This document shows positions 13,304 to 46,941 of a stretch of DNA of 64,000 nt, piece by piece. The notes under the pieces were generated by a model, which was not told where the DNA came from, searched no databases, and saw nothing but the letters and a program-made list of their open reading frames with translations. Each line of letters starts with the position of its first letter. Position 1 is the stretch's first letter. A program made the translations under genes and the position numbers. Location: the NCBI GenBank assembly GCA_051362555.1, contig CM120640.1:7316001-7380000 (forward strand), written 5' to 3'. Origin of the DNA: Lingula anatina. Its lineage: Eukaryota > Animalia > Brachiopoda.

Positions 13304-14099
13304 GGCATTGTTCATGTTTCCCACCCAAATACCCTAATTTTCAATAGAATATGCCTATATCACTGTGCAAAGGATGATAACAGCTCCACAGTATGCATTA
13401 ATACATAATACCCTAATTTGTGAGGTAACAGATATCATAATGGATGTTAAGATTAATCCAGATGTGTTTTTACCTTAATAAACTTGGTCACAATGTGACT
13501 TGCTACAATGTTACACATTCATGACTTTTTTCAGGTAAACTGAACCACGTGACACTGGTGTCAACTTGACAATCAACACGCGTGGCAATTTCGACGCTGA
13601 CAGGTAAACAGGTAGTTCTTACACTAAACCTTTATTAGTCTTTTTATCTTATTTGTTTATGGCAATGACAGTAAATAAATTAGATATGTTTTAAAAAACT
13701 TAGGGAAAACTATAGAACACATTGGATCTGCCATGTTTTTGTCATATAGCTTGTTCAAAAGTGGATGATATCATAGGGTGGGTAGAGCTGCTAATGAGTT
13801 CATACATGGAAATGGGGAGTGGTCATTTAAAGTTTCATGTATTTATTAGAAAAATTTGTTCACTAAATTCCAAAACTGGTCCCTAAAATTTAGACATTTC
13901 TTGAGCTATATATATAACTGCATAGATGGACCATATTGTTATTATTCTTCAATTCAAAAATTTAAAGCCATTGAGCTTTCACTTGGTAAATGATGCAGAA
14001 ATATCTCAAAATTCCACAAATTGACCCTGATATGTAAAGGAAAAAATGTATTTGTGCTACAGTTAACTTCAGAAAAATATATTTTAGCAAAAGATGGTA

Positions 14100-14463
14100 C
14101 AGACATGCTGAAACTGTTGGTCAGATTGGTCATGACGGTGAAATTTGTCTGGACCGGTAAAAAATTGGACTTGGTCGATTCAAAGGACCGACAAGAGTTT
14201 AAGAACCGCAATTTTGAATTTACAGTCATCATTCTACATACTACTAATAAAATTAAATAAAACCAAAAAAAAGTGTTTTTTTTCCCTGCAATTTCAAACT
14301 GATCACATTCACAAACAAAGTAAAGTACCTAATTGTACTTGTAGTATCTGTCTCAAACGAAAAGGGTGATTTTCGGTCCGGCAAAAATCAATTTGGTCCG
14401 TCAAATTTTTCATTCCTGCATTTCCAAATGTCCGGCCATTCTGAAAAGTTTCCAGCATGTCTG
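14100..14463. mobile_element. non-autonomous DNA transposon with 5-bp TSD (hAT5-like)
   Basis: TIR CAGACATGCTGAAACT / AGTTTCCAGCATGTCTG; TGGTA on both flanks; subterminal GGACCG/CGGTCC repeats. Confidence 0.75.
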
Positions 14464-14552
14464 TGGTATGTCGTCTTTCTGTTCGTTTCAGGACATAAAA
14501 TTACTTATATTGAAAAATCATGTCACATTGTTTCATTTATTACTTTTATAGG

Positions 14553-24696
<10,144 letters not shown>

Positions 24697-25708
24697 GGCA
24701 AGCAAGCACATCATTCCATGCTATGAGGAGAATCACCGTCCAGATAACGGCATTGTACAAAATCTACATAGAAGGAGCAAATGAAAGAGGATATGTTTCC
24801 TTCAGGGGATGTAGATTGGGTCATAAATAAGAATGCTGCTTTCTTTTTCAAGCTTAAACTTTTGCTGTATGGTCAAAAAAGAACCTGCAGCTTGGCTCCT
24901 GTCTTGAGTAGCTGATATTAACCCCTTGAGAAAAGGGTTGTTTTTGTTGTAATGAGCAGTTGGGTCTCAAAGGACAAGATGTCTATTTTTGCTTTAATTT
25001 CTGTGTAAGTTTTACAGATGGTCTCAGTCTATTTTAGTAAGGTTTAAGATTAACATATAAAAAAAATAATGAAGGTAAAAGCATATGCTGCATGTCCTCA
25101 TTGTCATTGTCCTTTATTTTTACTTAGCAGGAAAAATGAAAGGCGTTTCCCTGAATTTTTCAAGTTCTTTGAATAATTAGTGTACTGAAAATTCCTGCAG
25201 CATTGATTTTCTCTTTTCTGAAAATTTGGTTATGGAAACAGTTGACATAATACAGTGTTTTGAGATTTAAGAAGCTTGTTGAGAAAAGGGGAATGACATT
25301 GCAAGGTATTCAGTAAAATGGTTCCTGAGCCAAATAAACTTTGCTGAAAAGGTTACTTGTTCTCTGTTTGTAAAGCAAGCTTATTGCATTAAAACGAATG
25401 CCCCTAAAAGAATTATCAATTTGTGTTTATAATGATTCCATTGTCTAGGAATCGTAATTAGTTTTTATGTATTTCACCCAAAATTCCATTAGTTTTACGT
25501 ATTCTAGTCGAAAAACTGGGTGTTAGTTATAATGTTTCTTAATGAGAGTTGACTCAGGTGGTTTATGTTGCAATACACTAATCAGACTAATAGACTAGTC
25601 AGAGATGATTAATACTTTGAAAAAAAAGATAAAGTGAATTTCTTTGTACCAATGCTCAGCATGGCTTGGCAAAGTTCTAAGAAATTTGTTGGGTTTATGA
25701 CTTCAAGG

Positions 25709-25723
25709 TATTATTATTATTAC

Positions 25724-25752
<29 letters not shown>
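25709..25752. repeat. (TTA)n microsatellite
   Basis: Direct reading. Confidence 0.9.
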
Positions 25753-25754
<2 letters not shown>

Positions 25755-26011
25755 GATGAGTTTGTTTCCATATTGCTGGAAGGAGAAAGTAGGTAGCTTT
25801 TTTTTTTTTGTGTAAGAATGAAGTAAGTTGTGTGATTGGTCACTGTTATGTGATGAAAAATGGGCCAAACAATTGCATCTAAACTAAATCAAAAAGAAAC
25901 TTTGGCAGAAGGTGGTTCTGAGTTTTGTTAAGAGCAACTGAAGTTCAGCTAAAAGAAAAAAGATCAAGGAATGGTTTTACACAAGAACTGTAACTTTATA
26001 TTTAAACTTTA

Positions 26012-26276
26012 GGACTGGGTCCCATAAACCCATGGTACCAGCTGGATCAATCTAATTCTGCAGGGATTCTTGCTAAATTACATTCAGTGTAAGCGGGTGA
26101 AATGTCTGGCATGCTTACTCAAGCTGCTAGGGGGTAAGTGACAGTAGGCAATTACCCCCTAGTTACTCAGGGGGATGTACCAGAAAATTGATCTGATTAC
26201 ACTGAAAGCACTTTAGCAAGAGTTCCCGCAGACTTGGATCGATCCACGTAGTACACTAGGTTTATGGGAACAGTCC
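26012..26276. mobile_element. palindromic Harbinger-type MITE (family A) downstream of the piwi stop codon
   Basis: TTA|GGACTGGGTCCCATAAACC...GGTTTATGGGAACAGTCC|TTA; largely self-complementary. Confidence 0.82.
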
Positions 26277-27118
26277 TTAAGAATAAGCCCTCTTCAGCTC
26301 AGGATCCAATCACAGCAGTTTATCCATAGTTAAAATATAGCAGATATTGGTATTACCATTAGCTTCGACTTTCCTGTTTGAAATAAATTGGATAAATGTA
26401 AGTTCAACTACTGATTTATCATGGGTCAAATAAAAAGACTGCTCACCAATGAGAGAGTGAGCTGAAAACAATGATGGATACAGCACCTGAAAAAGTACTT
26501 TCTTGGCTTGGGTCTGACATAAGTTAGTGAGTACTACGGTTTATAAATGCAGTAAATGGTTTTTGATGCAATGATTCCTTGCAGACCACCATTGCTGTTA
26601 CAATGGCCCTAGAAGAGTTGAAGTAAATGAGGGGTGTGAATGGATGAGGTGAAGGTATCACTTGGCATTATGGTATTGGTAATCTAAGTGCAGTTGTATA
26701 AATTTAAATTTTGCGTGGATAATGCTCCGGCATTCTATAATAGATACTTTTGCTCTTTCAGTGTTATAAATTGCTTTACTACTTAAGGCATAATCTCCTT
26801 TAAGAAAACTGACACAATAGACTTGTTTTATTTGTTCGTCTATGAAAAGAAACTTTTAATACTAATTTTTCAGTTTTATACAACAGTGGATCAGTCCTTG
26901 CCAACAGCAGTAAGGTTTTTCTGTTAAAAAAATATTTTTGAAATTACAAAGTTGTGCTATATATACAGTAAGAAGCTTAACTGAAAGCACAAATAGAAGT
27001 TACATGGCAATGACTAGAAGTGGTGAATTTCTAGCCAGTTTAGTATGTTAAAAAGTTAAGAAAAGAAACTGGGGATGCAGGTTGCATTCTATGCACTGTT
27101 AACTTTCATATTGCATTA

Positions 27119-27248
27119 CCCTTACCAAAATATCAGGCCTGCTGCAAATTCGCAGCAAATTTGCTGTAAACTGCAATTCCTTGCAGATTTGCTGCAAATG
27201 GCAGCAAGAAATCTTTTCTTGCACACTCCTGAAAACTTTTGCTAAGGG
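27119..27248. mobile_element. 130-bp MITE with CCC termini and TA flanks
   Basis: TA|CCCTTACCAAAA...TTTTGCTAAGGG|TA; internal GCTGCAAA/TTTGCAGC-type repeats. Confidence 0.7.
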
Positions 27249-27410
27249 TAGGTATCCAAGCGTTAACATTTATCAGTATGTTGTATATTACTCATTTTGT
27301 ATTAGTTGGGTATCATCTATTTTTTTAACTGACTGATTACAGAAGAATCTCGAACGAGTCGAATTTAGCATTTTCAAATTTTGTATTACTGTTCAAAAGT
27401 TAGTTGTTAA

Positions 27411-27416
27411 AATAAA
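27411..27416 (+). terminator. candidate distal poly(A) signal of piwi
   Basis: AATAAA followed by a GT/T-rich tract. Other AATAAA hexamers occur earlier (e.g. ~25333), so the site used is unknown. Confidence 0.4.
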
Positions 27417-27459
27417 ACTTGAAATTGTAACCTGTTCTTCTTACTGTATCATTTAAGGA

Positions 27460-27690
27460 AAGGGGAGGGTCTGCGGATGAAAAGCCAAGCCCCTTGGCAT
27501 GGGGTTTGGGGCCTGCTGAAGGACCACGATTTGGCGAATGGTGCAGTTTGTAACTAACTGTGATTCAGCTAGTCAAAATTCTAATTTCAACAGGGGATCA
27601 CTGTGATTTTTTTCGGAAATCGAAGGGGGGGGGGGGGGGGGGGGGGAGGGGGAGTGTCAACACCTCCCCGCTCCCCCAAATCCGCCACTG
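27460..27690 (+). mobile_element. 5'-truncated copy of the 322-576 hAT-like family, between the piwi and ERK 3' ends
   Basis: Shared CCCCTTGGCATGGGGTTTGGGGCCTGCTGAA-like block and terminal CCCCCAAATCCGCCACTG. Confidence 0.6.
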
Positions 27691-28318
27691 TATGGGTCCA
27701 TGAAGATCAAGGGAAATATTTCATGTTTTGAATAAAAAAAAATATATGAATACATCAAGGCTTGTTATATGTATTGCTCTCCCTGTGAGCTCCATTTCAG
27801 TTGCTTAAATTGCAATGAGATGTGAGGCACTTGGTCACTAGATTCTAGTGTCGGACCTTGTTTTGTTAGTTATTGAAATGAGGGTGACTGGGAAAGGATA
27901 TTATGCAACACCCACAAGTGCAGCTTTGATGGTTTCCCCACAGAGGAGATTAAAAACCTCAAAATCAAAGGCAGTCGTTCTCAGTTGCAATGTGTAGACT
28001 AGATGTCACCAGGTAACCCTAAGGGACATATCCATTGCACATTAGTGCACTTGAAGTTGGATTTGAAAATGTCTGCCCCTCTATTTTTGTCATTCAGTGT
28101 ACATAATTTAAAATGCACGACTTAACCAAATGGTATCCACATGGATTTATAAGAGCAAATTAAATGGCTCTGCCTAAAGATGGAACTATTTTGACTGGTT
28201 TTAAATCCATTGCACAAGTTGGCAACCCTTTTGCAAGTAAATGTGATGCACCTGAAAATCATTTAATAAGTGAAACTAATAGAATTCAAAATCACCATGT
28301 ATGATTTTTTGGTCAGAC

Positions 28319-28324
28319 TTTATT
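28319..28324 (-). terminator. candidate poly(A) signal of ERK
   Basis: TTTATT on + (AATAAA on -) at the end of a long U-rich minus-strand tract downstream of the ERK stop. Confidence 0.45.
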
Positions 28325-30562
28325 CTTCACATTGACAATATGATGCCTCCCAACTTGCAATTACAATGTCAAGACTAGACCAGCTACAGGACAGTAACAA
28401 AATAGACTTTTCTATCAAGGATCGTGCTCCAATTTTTACTGAGTTCAATTTTAAAATTTTTGATTACATGATTTTCTACAAGAAATGTGAACATGAACAT
28501 GGGTTTACCATGATCTAGATGACAAATATCAGAAAAAGTTTGGAATATTACACTTTAAAATAGTAAACAATTCCAAAAGAGACTGAAAATTAAGAGAAAG
28601 GACAGCTGTTAATATAAAACAACACTTTCTATTGTCATCATAGATGTATCTACTTAGATGTAAAATACCTCTTCCCATATATAAAACTACAAATGCCACA
28701 CTTACACTGGACTCAGTCCATTCAGTTGCACACTGCTATACAAATGAGTATACAAAATCTCTTAAGACTTTGCAGAACTATCTACATCCTAACAGCTTGC
28801 TAAACAAGAAGATCTAAGATGGGAAGGAGGGGGGGGGACTGTTTTCGACTTTATTCAGGGTGGAATGTTTTTAAGACTAATTTTGAAGTGCAGATTTTGT
28901 GCTGATTTTAACCTTAAAACTGACATCCACACTTTGAGTTTAATATAATTTGGCATTTTTTTCTAAGTTTCTGTAGTAACCATCAGAAAGCCAATAATCA
29001 AAAAAATTGAAATTGACTTCTTGATCTTGACAAACATGGACTGCCTTAACTTTAGTCTTAAAAACCATAAATATGAATCAACTGGTTAGAATTAAACCAG
29101 TTTCAACGCCCAAACAGGAACTTGACATCCCCCTAAAGCAGTCTGTTAAAACGCTATTAATTCATTGAAAAAATGTCACTCCAGAAAACCCTTAAAGGGC
29201 CAATTTTTTTAAATTTTGTGTAAAGCAACCTCATGACTATATAGGACCGCTTGGAAGGAAATTAAAACAGTGATACAATAAAAATGTTTGCCATACTCAT
29301 GGCTCCTGAAGAGTATGGGTCAAAATCAAGATCGATACGAAAAGCTAGGTGGGATAGTCAATGATATAAAGCATATTATTGTCTGCATTAGGAGTAGGAC
29401 AAAGTGAAAACTAGCCTGTAATATATATCGAGAATTCTCTCTGCACGCATATAATGTACATCATGGCATGCAAGTTTGGCTTATTTCACTATCCTAGTCC
29501 ACATCAAATACATTATACATTCAACCGGAGTCTGTACATTAAAAATATTTTGCTTCTTTCACTTCTAAGCCCCCCTCACTCCTTGACCTTAGTAATATAT
29601 CCAATGGCAGTGTTACAAGTATATGTGACCAATTTTGACTTACTTGATCAAAGTACTTATACCAGTTCTACTAACACTGTGGCAGGTCCTTAATTTGTAT
29701 TATAACATGATGCATAAATTTAACAGAATATAGGAGAGAAAAATCAGAAACCTTCCTTCTTTAAACAGTGCATTTTAGCTGAACATTTTTACAAAAAGCA
29801 TAACCAATCTTCAAACACATCTCCCAATTAATAAAACAGGAGTGCCTAAGCATCAAGCACAATCTCAGGTCTATATCCCTCTAAATACATATTTCATAGT
29901 TTCCATGAAAGATTGAAGCATGTACAGCTGTAGAGTCAATGTAGTTGTCAAAGAAGTTGAACCAAGAGGTCAACATGGACATGTGAAAGCACAAGGTTCT
30001 TACGCAAACGGGGATACATATTTTAGCACATTTGCTTTATATCCATTTCAGTGAGCTTGAGACGGAAGTGGCACTGACCAAACTTTGATGTTAATACATG
30101 TACAAGCAACTACAGCATCATACGTCCAAATCAGTTTTTTTTTTCACTGTTTTGTCTATATGAATGCTATGAACATTTATGTTTTTAGTTACAAAGTGAG
30201 CTGAACGTGAAAGAAAATGTAGATACATTATTTGTGCAAACCTATACAATATGCTATATAAAACTCTTTAAGTGGTAAATGCTTCCTTAGGTACAGAAAA
30301 TAAGGCTCTGGAAAAAATGACATCTCCTTTTCACAACTTTAGGAATTGGATAATAATAATATATAACAGGAGACTGGAATACATTTAAATGTGCACAACA
30401 TAGACATATACTGTACAAAGTAAAAATATGCGAAGCTTGTATATTTGAACAGTCACGTTTTTCTTCTTTTTCCAGGACAGCACCCAGCTTAAATATTTTC
30501 TCATCCTTCTTCACACTAACTTTCTGTGTTCATGGAATTCCAAGTTTGTTTCATTTATATAA

Positions 30563-43051
<12,489 letters not shown>

Positions 43052-43062
<11 letters not shown>

Positions 43063-43760
43063 TTTGAAATATAGTGTAGGAAGTGGAGGTCATGTGACCA
43101 CCGTTTGACGTCACAGTATTTGAATGTGTTTGCTGAGAACCGGAGCATTGTGTTGAAACCCACAAATGTACACCATTCTGATAATAAGGATATCCGGATA
43201 GGGTTACCTGTTTAAAAAGCATGATGACTTGTGGACAGATTTTCATGAAACGGTTGCTCTTATAATGCATTGATTAAAATATCTCATTTAATTTGGTAAA
43301 ACTGTTCCAACAACACGTGGTCTCTCCTTATTTTACTGGCGTGTTTTTCAAAATCGGTATAAATAGGGCCTTTATGTACGGTCCGAAGCGATGATAAAAT
43401 AAACTAAAAGATTTCCAATTGTTCATTTTTTTATTGGGAAGTATTCAAAAGTGCAGCCCCATGTGGCACTAAAAAGATAAATGTATAGAAGTTGACGTCA
43501 TATTTGAGACCTAACTGCACCCTTTGGACAAATCTGTGCGTCACTGCAGCTTTAAGTAGCTCGGTTCTGAACCTCTTTATGTTACATCTATTGAAGTCGA
43601 AAATTCATCAAAGACACATTGACACCCGTTTCGCCACCCTTTAAAGAATTAACAAATCCAAACGTGACACTATGACATACACCTGAATGGTCCACGATGC
43701 CACTCGACGTTACATATTGGGTGGTGCAACAGCTCATTTGATACCGTGATGACGTCAAAG
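43052..43760 (-). promoter_or_regulatory. ERK promoter region
   Basis: YY1 motif AAAATGGCGGC overlapping the ATG; GTCATGTGAC E-box-like site ~43089-43098; CRE palindromes TGACGTCA at 43106, 43493 and 43750; CpG retained. Confidence 0.6.
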
Positions 43761-43781
43761 AAATTTACATATTAAAACTAT

Positions 43782-44040
43782 GACTGGGTTCCCATACCTA
43801 GATCGATCAAACAGGATCGATCCATCTCCAAAGGGTGTCGCGCAAAATTGTTTTTAGCTTAAGAGGCTTAAAGATGTCTGGTACGCCTACTGAAGCTGCT
43901 AAACAATAAATAATTACCCCTAGCAGCTTCAGTAGGCGCGACAGAATCTATAAGCCGCTTAAGTTGATTGGACTTTAGCGAGAATCCCCTTGGAGATAGA
44001 TTGATCCACAATTAGTACGATAGGGTCTGGGAATGGTCCC
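43782..44040. mobile_element. palindromic MITE (family A) upstream of ERK
   Basis: Central arms CGCCTACTGAAGCTGCTA / TAGCAGCTTCAGTAGGCG; ends resemble the 26012 element. Confidence 0.75.
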
Positions 44041-45480
44041 TATTTCGTGGTCATTCAGACAAAATTATCAGAGCTCGAACGAGAACGCTTTGGAATGTAA
44101 AGTACACAAACTCAGAAATAGTCATAAAAACGTTAATGCGTCTTTGCAAATAGATTTTTATTCGTCTTCGGGTATAGATAATTATATTTGTAATTTTTAA
44201 ACATATTTCAATTAAAGGCCCATTTTCAAGTGAGCTTCTTTGTGTCTTGCTCACGGAAAGCGTTGTGAAAGCATGATCAAAAACAGACAGAGACGAGACG
44301 AAATTCTATCCCAAAAGACGTCCAGCAAACAGAACTTCTGTCATTATTGAGGTTTACTCTTGATTTAGGGGCTTTCCCAACGATCTCACGCCCTTAAACG
44401 TGTTTGCTCTTACATACCCTCTCAAAACTCAGAAATGCCCTCCCCCTCCCAATAACAGGATTTTTGTTTTGTATAGTATAAACAAAGAAAGAGAGAGAAT
44501 ACATGAACGAAGAACAGACATCAAAAATTCGGTCGACCTGTTTACTTCTTCACGTCCCACATACAGACAATTGAAATGAATATCAAAGGATTCTGCAGAC
44601 ATACTCATTCATCTCTTTCTAAATGTTAGTGGTAGATATGGACAGGCTTCGTGACAATATCTATTTCTTTTTAGATCAACGATTGTCGTAAAACAAGAAA
44701 ATGATAATTGACATCAAGGTTATCTAAAATACGTGTCCAAAGGGAAGTAAACAACATTCCTTTTAAACTTTTTTCTTTCATTGATGGTAGCACCCACGTC
44801 GATGCACATTTTGAGCATAAGAAGAAAGAAGATCTGCCATCATTTTCTTATATAACACTTACCACTATTTTTCGAAAACATGAGTAAGAAAAACCACACT
44901 GTTGACCTAGCTTTAACTCGTGAAGGACCTTGGGCATTTGATAAATAGCCAGATGCCTTTCTATTCAATTTTCTTTGAGATGTCATCAATAAGACGTGCT
45001 TGGTTGTATCATCAAACTAACCCGTGCAATTGACGTGGACACTTTTGCATTCTTACATTTTATTTTCTCTCCGTATAGAATTACGGTATAAAAATGCTCA
45101 GACTGTGTACCTGAAACACTGCTGAGAAGAAGAACCAGCTAAATGAAGTGGACATTGCTCCATAGATTGAAAGACGATTCATTTAAAATTGCGCAAGGAC
45201 CGCATACTAAAAAGTAACGTACATCTTAATTTATCACTACAATGTGAAGTCTTCAAGTAACTTATTGGTGAAAGAAAGTGTGCATCCTAAAAACATTGGT
45301 GTTGGTAAACGTTTGTTTCCTTATCCCACTGACTAAAGACAATCACGGGCCTACATACGCACAGACTTGCAAACTAATACAAGGGCTCCACGCGATCATA
45401 GTTCTTTTTCCCACACCCACTACTGGCTGATGAAGAAATTTATTTTAACTCTCGTAGCCTTGAGTTCGTTTGACGGCATA

Positions 45481-45775
45481 GGGTGTGTTTAGAATAGAAG
45501 TTATCGTACTAGCAGGGTCGATCTATCTCAGCGGGGATTCTTGTTAAGGGGCAGTCAATGTAATCAACTTAATTGTCGGGCACGCCCCCTCGTATCTTAA
45601 AGTACTTGGGTAAAGTCGGGAAAAGATTGTAGTCCATGACGCTGTTCATGCTACTTTGCGAGGGGGGCTTTCCATGCAGTTAAGTTGATTACATTGACTA
45701 CGCCTTAAGTAGTGAGAATCTCCGCTGAGATAGATCGATCTTGGTAGTATGATAACTTCTTTTCTAAATGCAGCA
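45481..45775. mobile_element. palindromic MITE related to family A in the ERK-SLC6 intergenic region
   Basis: TTTAGAATAGAAGTTATCGTACTAGCAGGGTCGATCTATCTCAGCGG is the near reverse complement of CCGCTGAGATAGATCGATCTTGGTAGTATGATAACTTCTTTTCTAAA. Confidence 0.8.
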
Positions 45776-46941
45776 ATTTTTATAAAATCCAAGCTCCTTT
45801 AAACACCCAGTGCTTGTAACCGAGGCGAGTTTGATTTTTTAAATAAAATTTTTCATTTAATCGGAATCGGATATAATCAATTGGCATATGTAACAAATCC
45901 TCACAGGTCGAACTGTTTATAAAAGAATGCATGGCGTTGAGAGGCAGAGCACCTGTCAAACAAGTTTGTAAACGATGTATCGCTTTCAACATAAATGCAT
46001 CAATTTACCACTGTGTTATTATTATTACACATATAAAAAAATAACGCTCAAACCTAATTGATCCTAATTGTTATCTGCGACACATATATACACACGCCAG
46101 CACATTTACAGAGCCATCACGTGTATATAGCAAAGTGTGCATAATTTTTGGATTGGTAGAAACTTTAGTTTTTGTTTTAGATTTTAGATTAATTTCCACT
46201 ATCGACAGATTTCACCTTAATATCGATAAAATTCCAGACAAGTGATATAGTTTGACTGATCATCGGGCTGAAAAAACTAATGCATACACGGGTTATATAA
46301 TACTGGGGTAATTGCACCGACATGCATGTAGATCTAACGCTATACAAATATACTCGATGAAACGATTAGTCTAATGAGTTACAGACGTTCTGTACGCTGA
46401 CTCTTGGTATGATCTATATTGTTTTTATCTTGGACTTACGCAATTTATACAATACGGTGTCATTATTTTTTCTGTTTCAAAATTTGCTACCACATTTGGC
46501 TGTTATTTTCGGTGAAAAGTAGAGCAAATCATTGCAATATTCCTGGATCGATTAATCAAAACAAAACCACATGGTACGCTCTCCGTAAAAGGGAAAGTTG
46601 CCACGTTAACGTAATTAATACCCTTGAGCTGATAAAATGTTATCAATATTTCTGTTATTGCACATAGTTTTAATAATATAAATCATAAAGGTGAAATAAA
46701 AATGTTGTTTGTATAGTTTTAGTGCATCCAATTAATTAATTTCTGGTAAATATTGCATATTTCTGATAAAGTACAGTTATAATTTTTGGCGCGAATCCCA
46801 TTTTTTTACATACCAGTCCGTGAATGAGTTGAGAGCGAGGCTACGATTGGGCGACTCGTAGTTTTCACACACATCTGAGACATACTGAAAATATTGTAAA
46901 TATATTAGAAACGGTGGACTGTAACACATTTCCCAGGCAGA

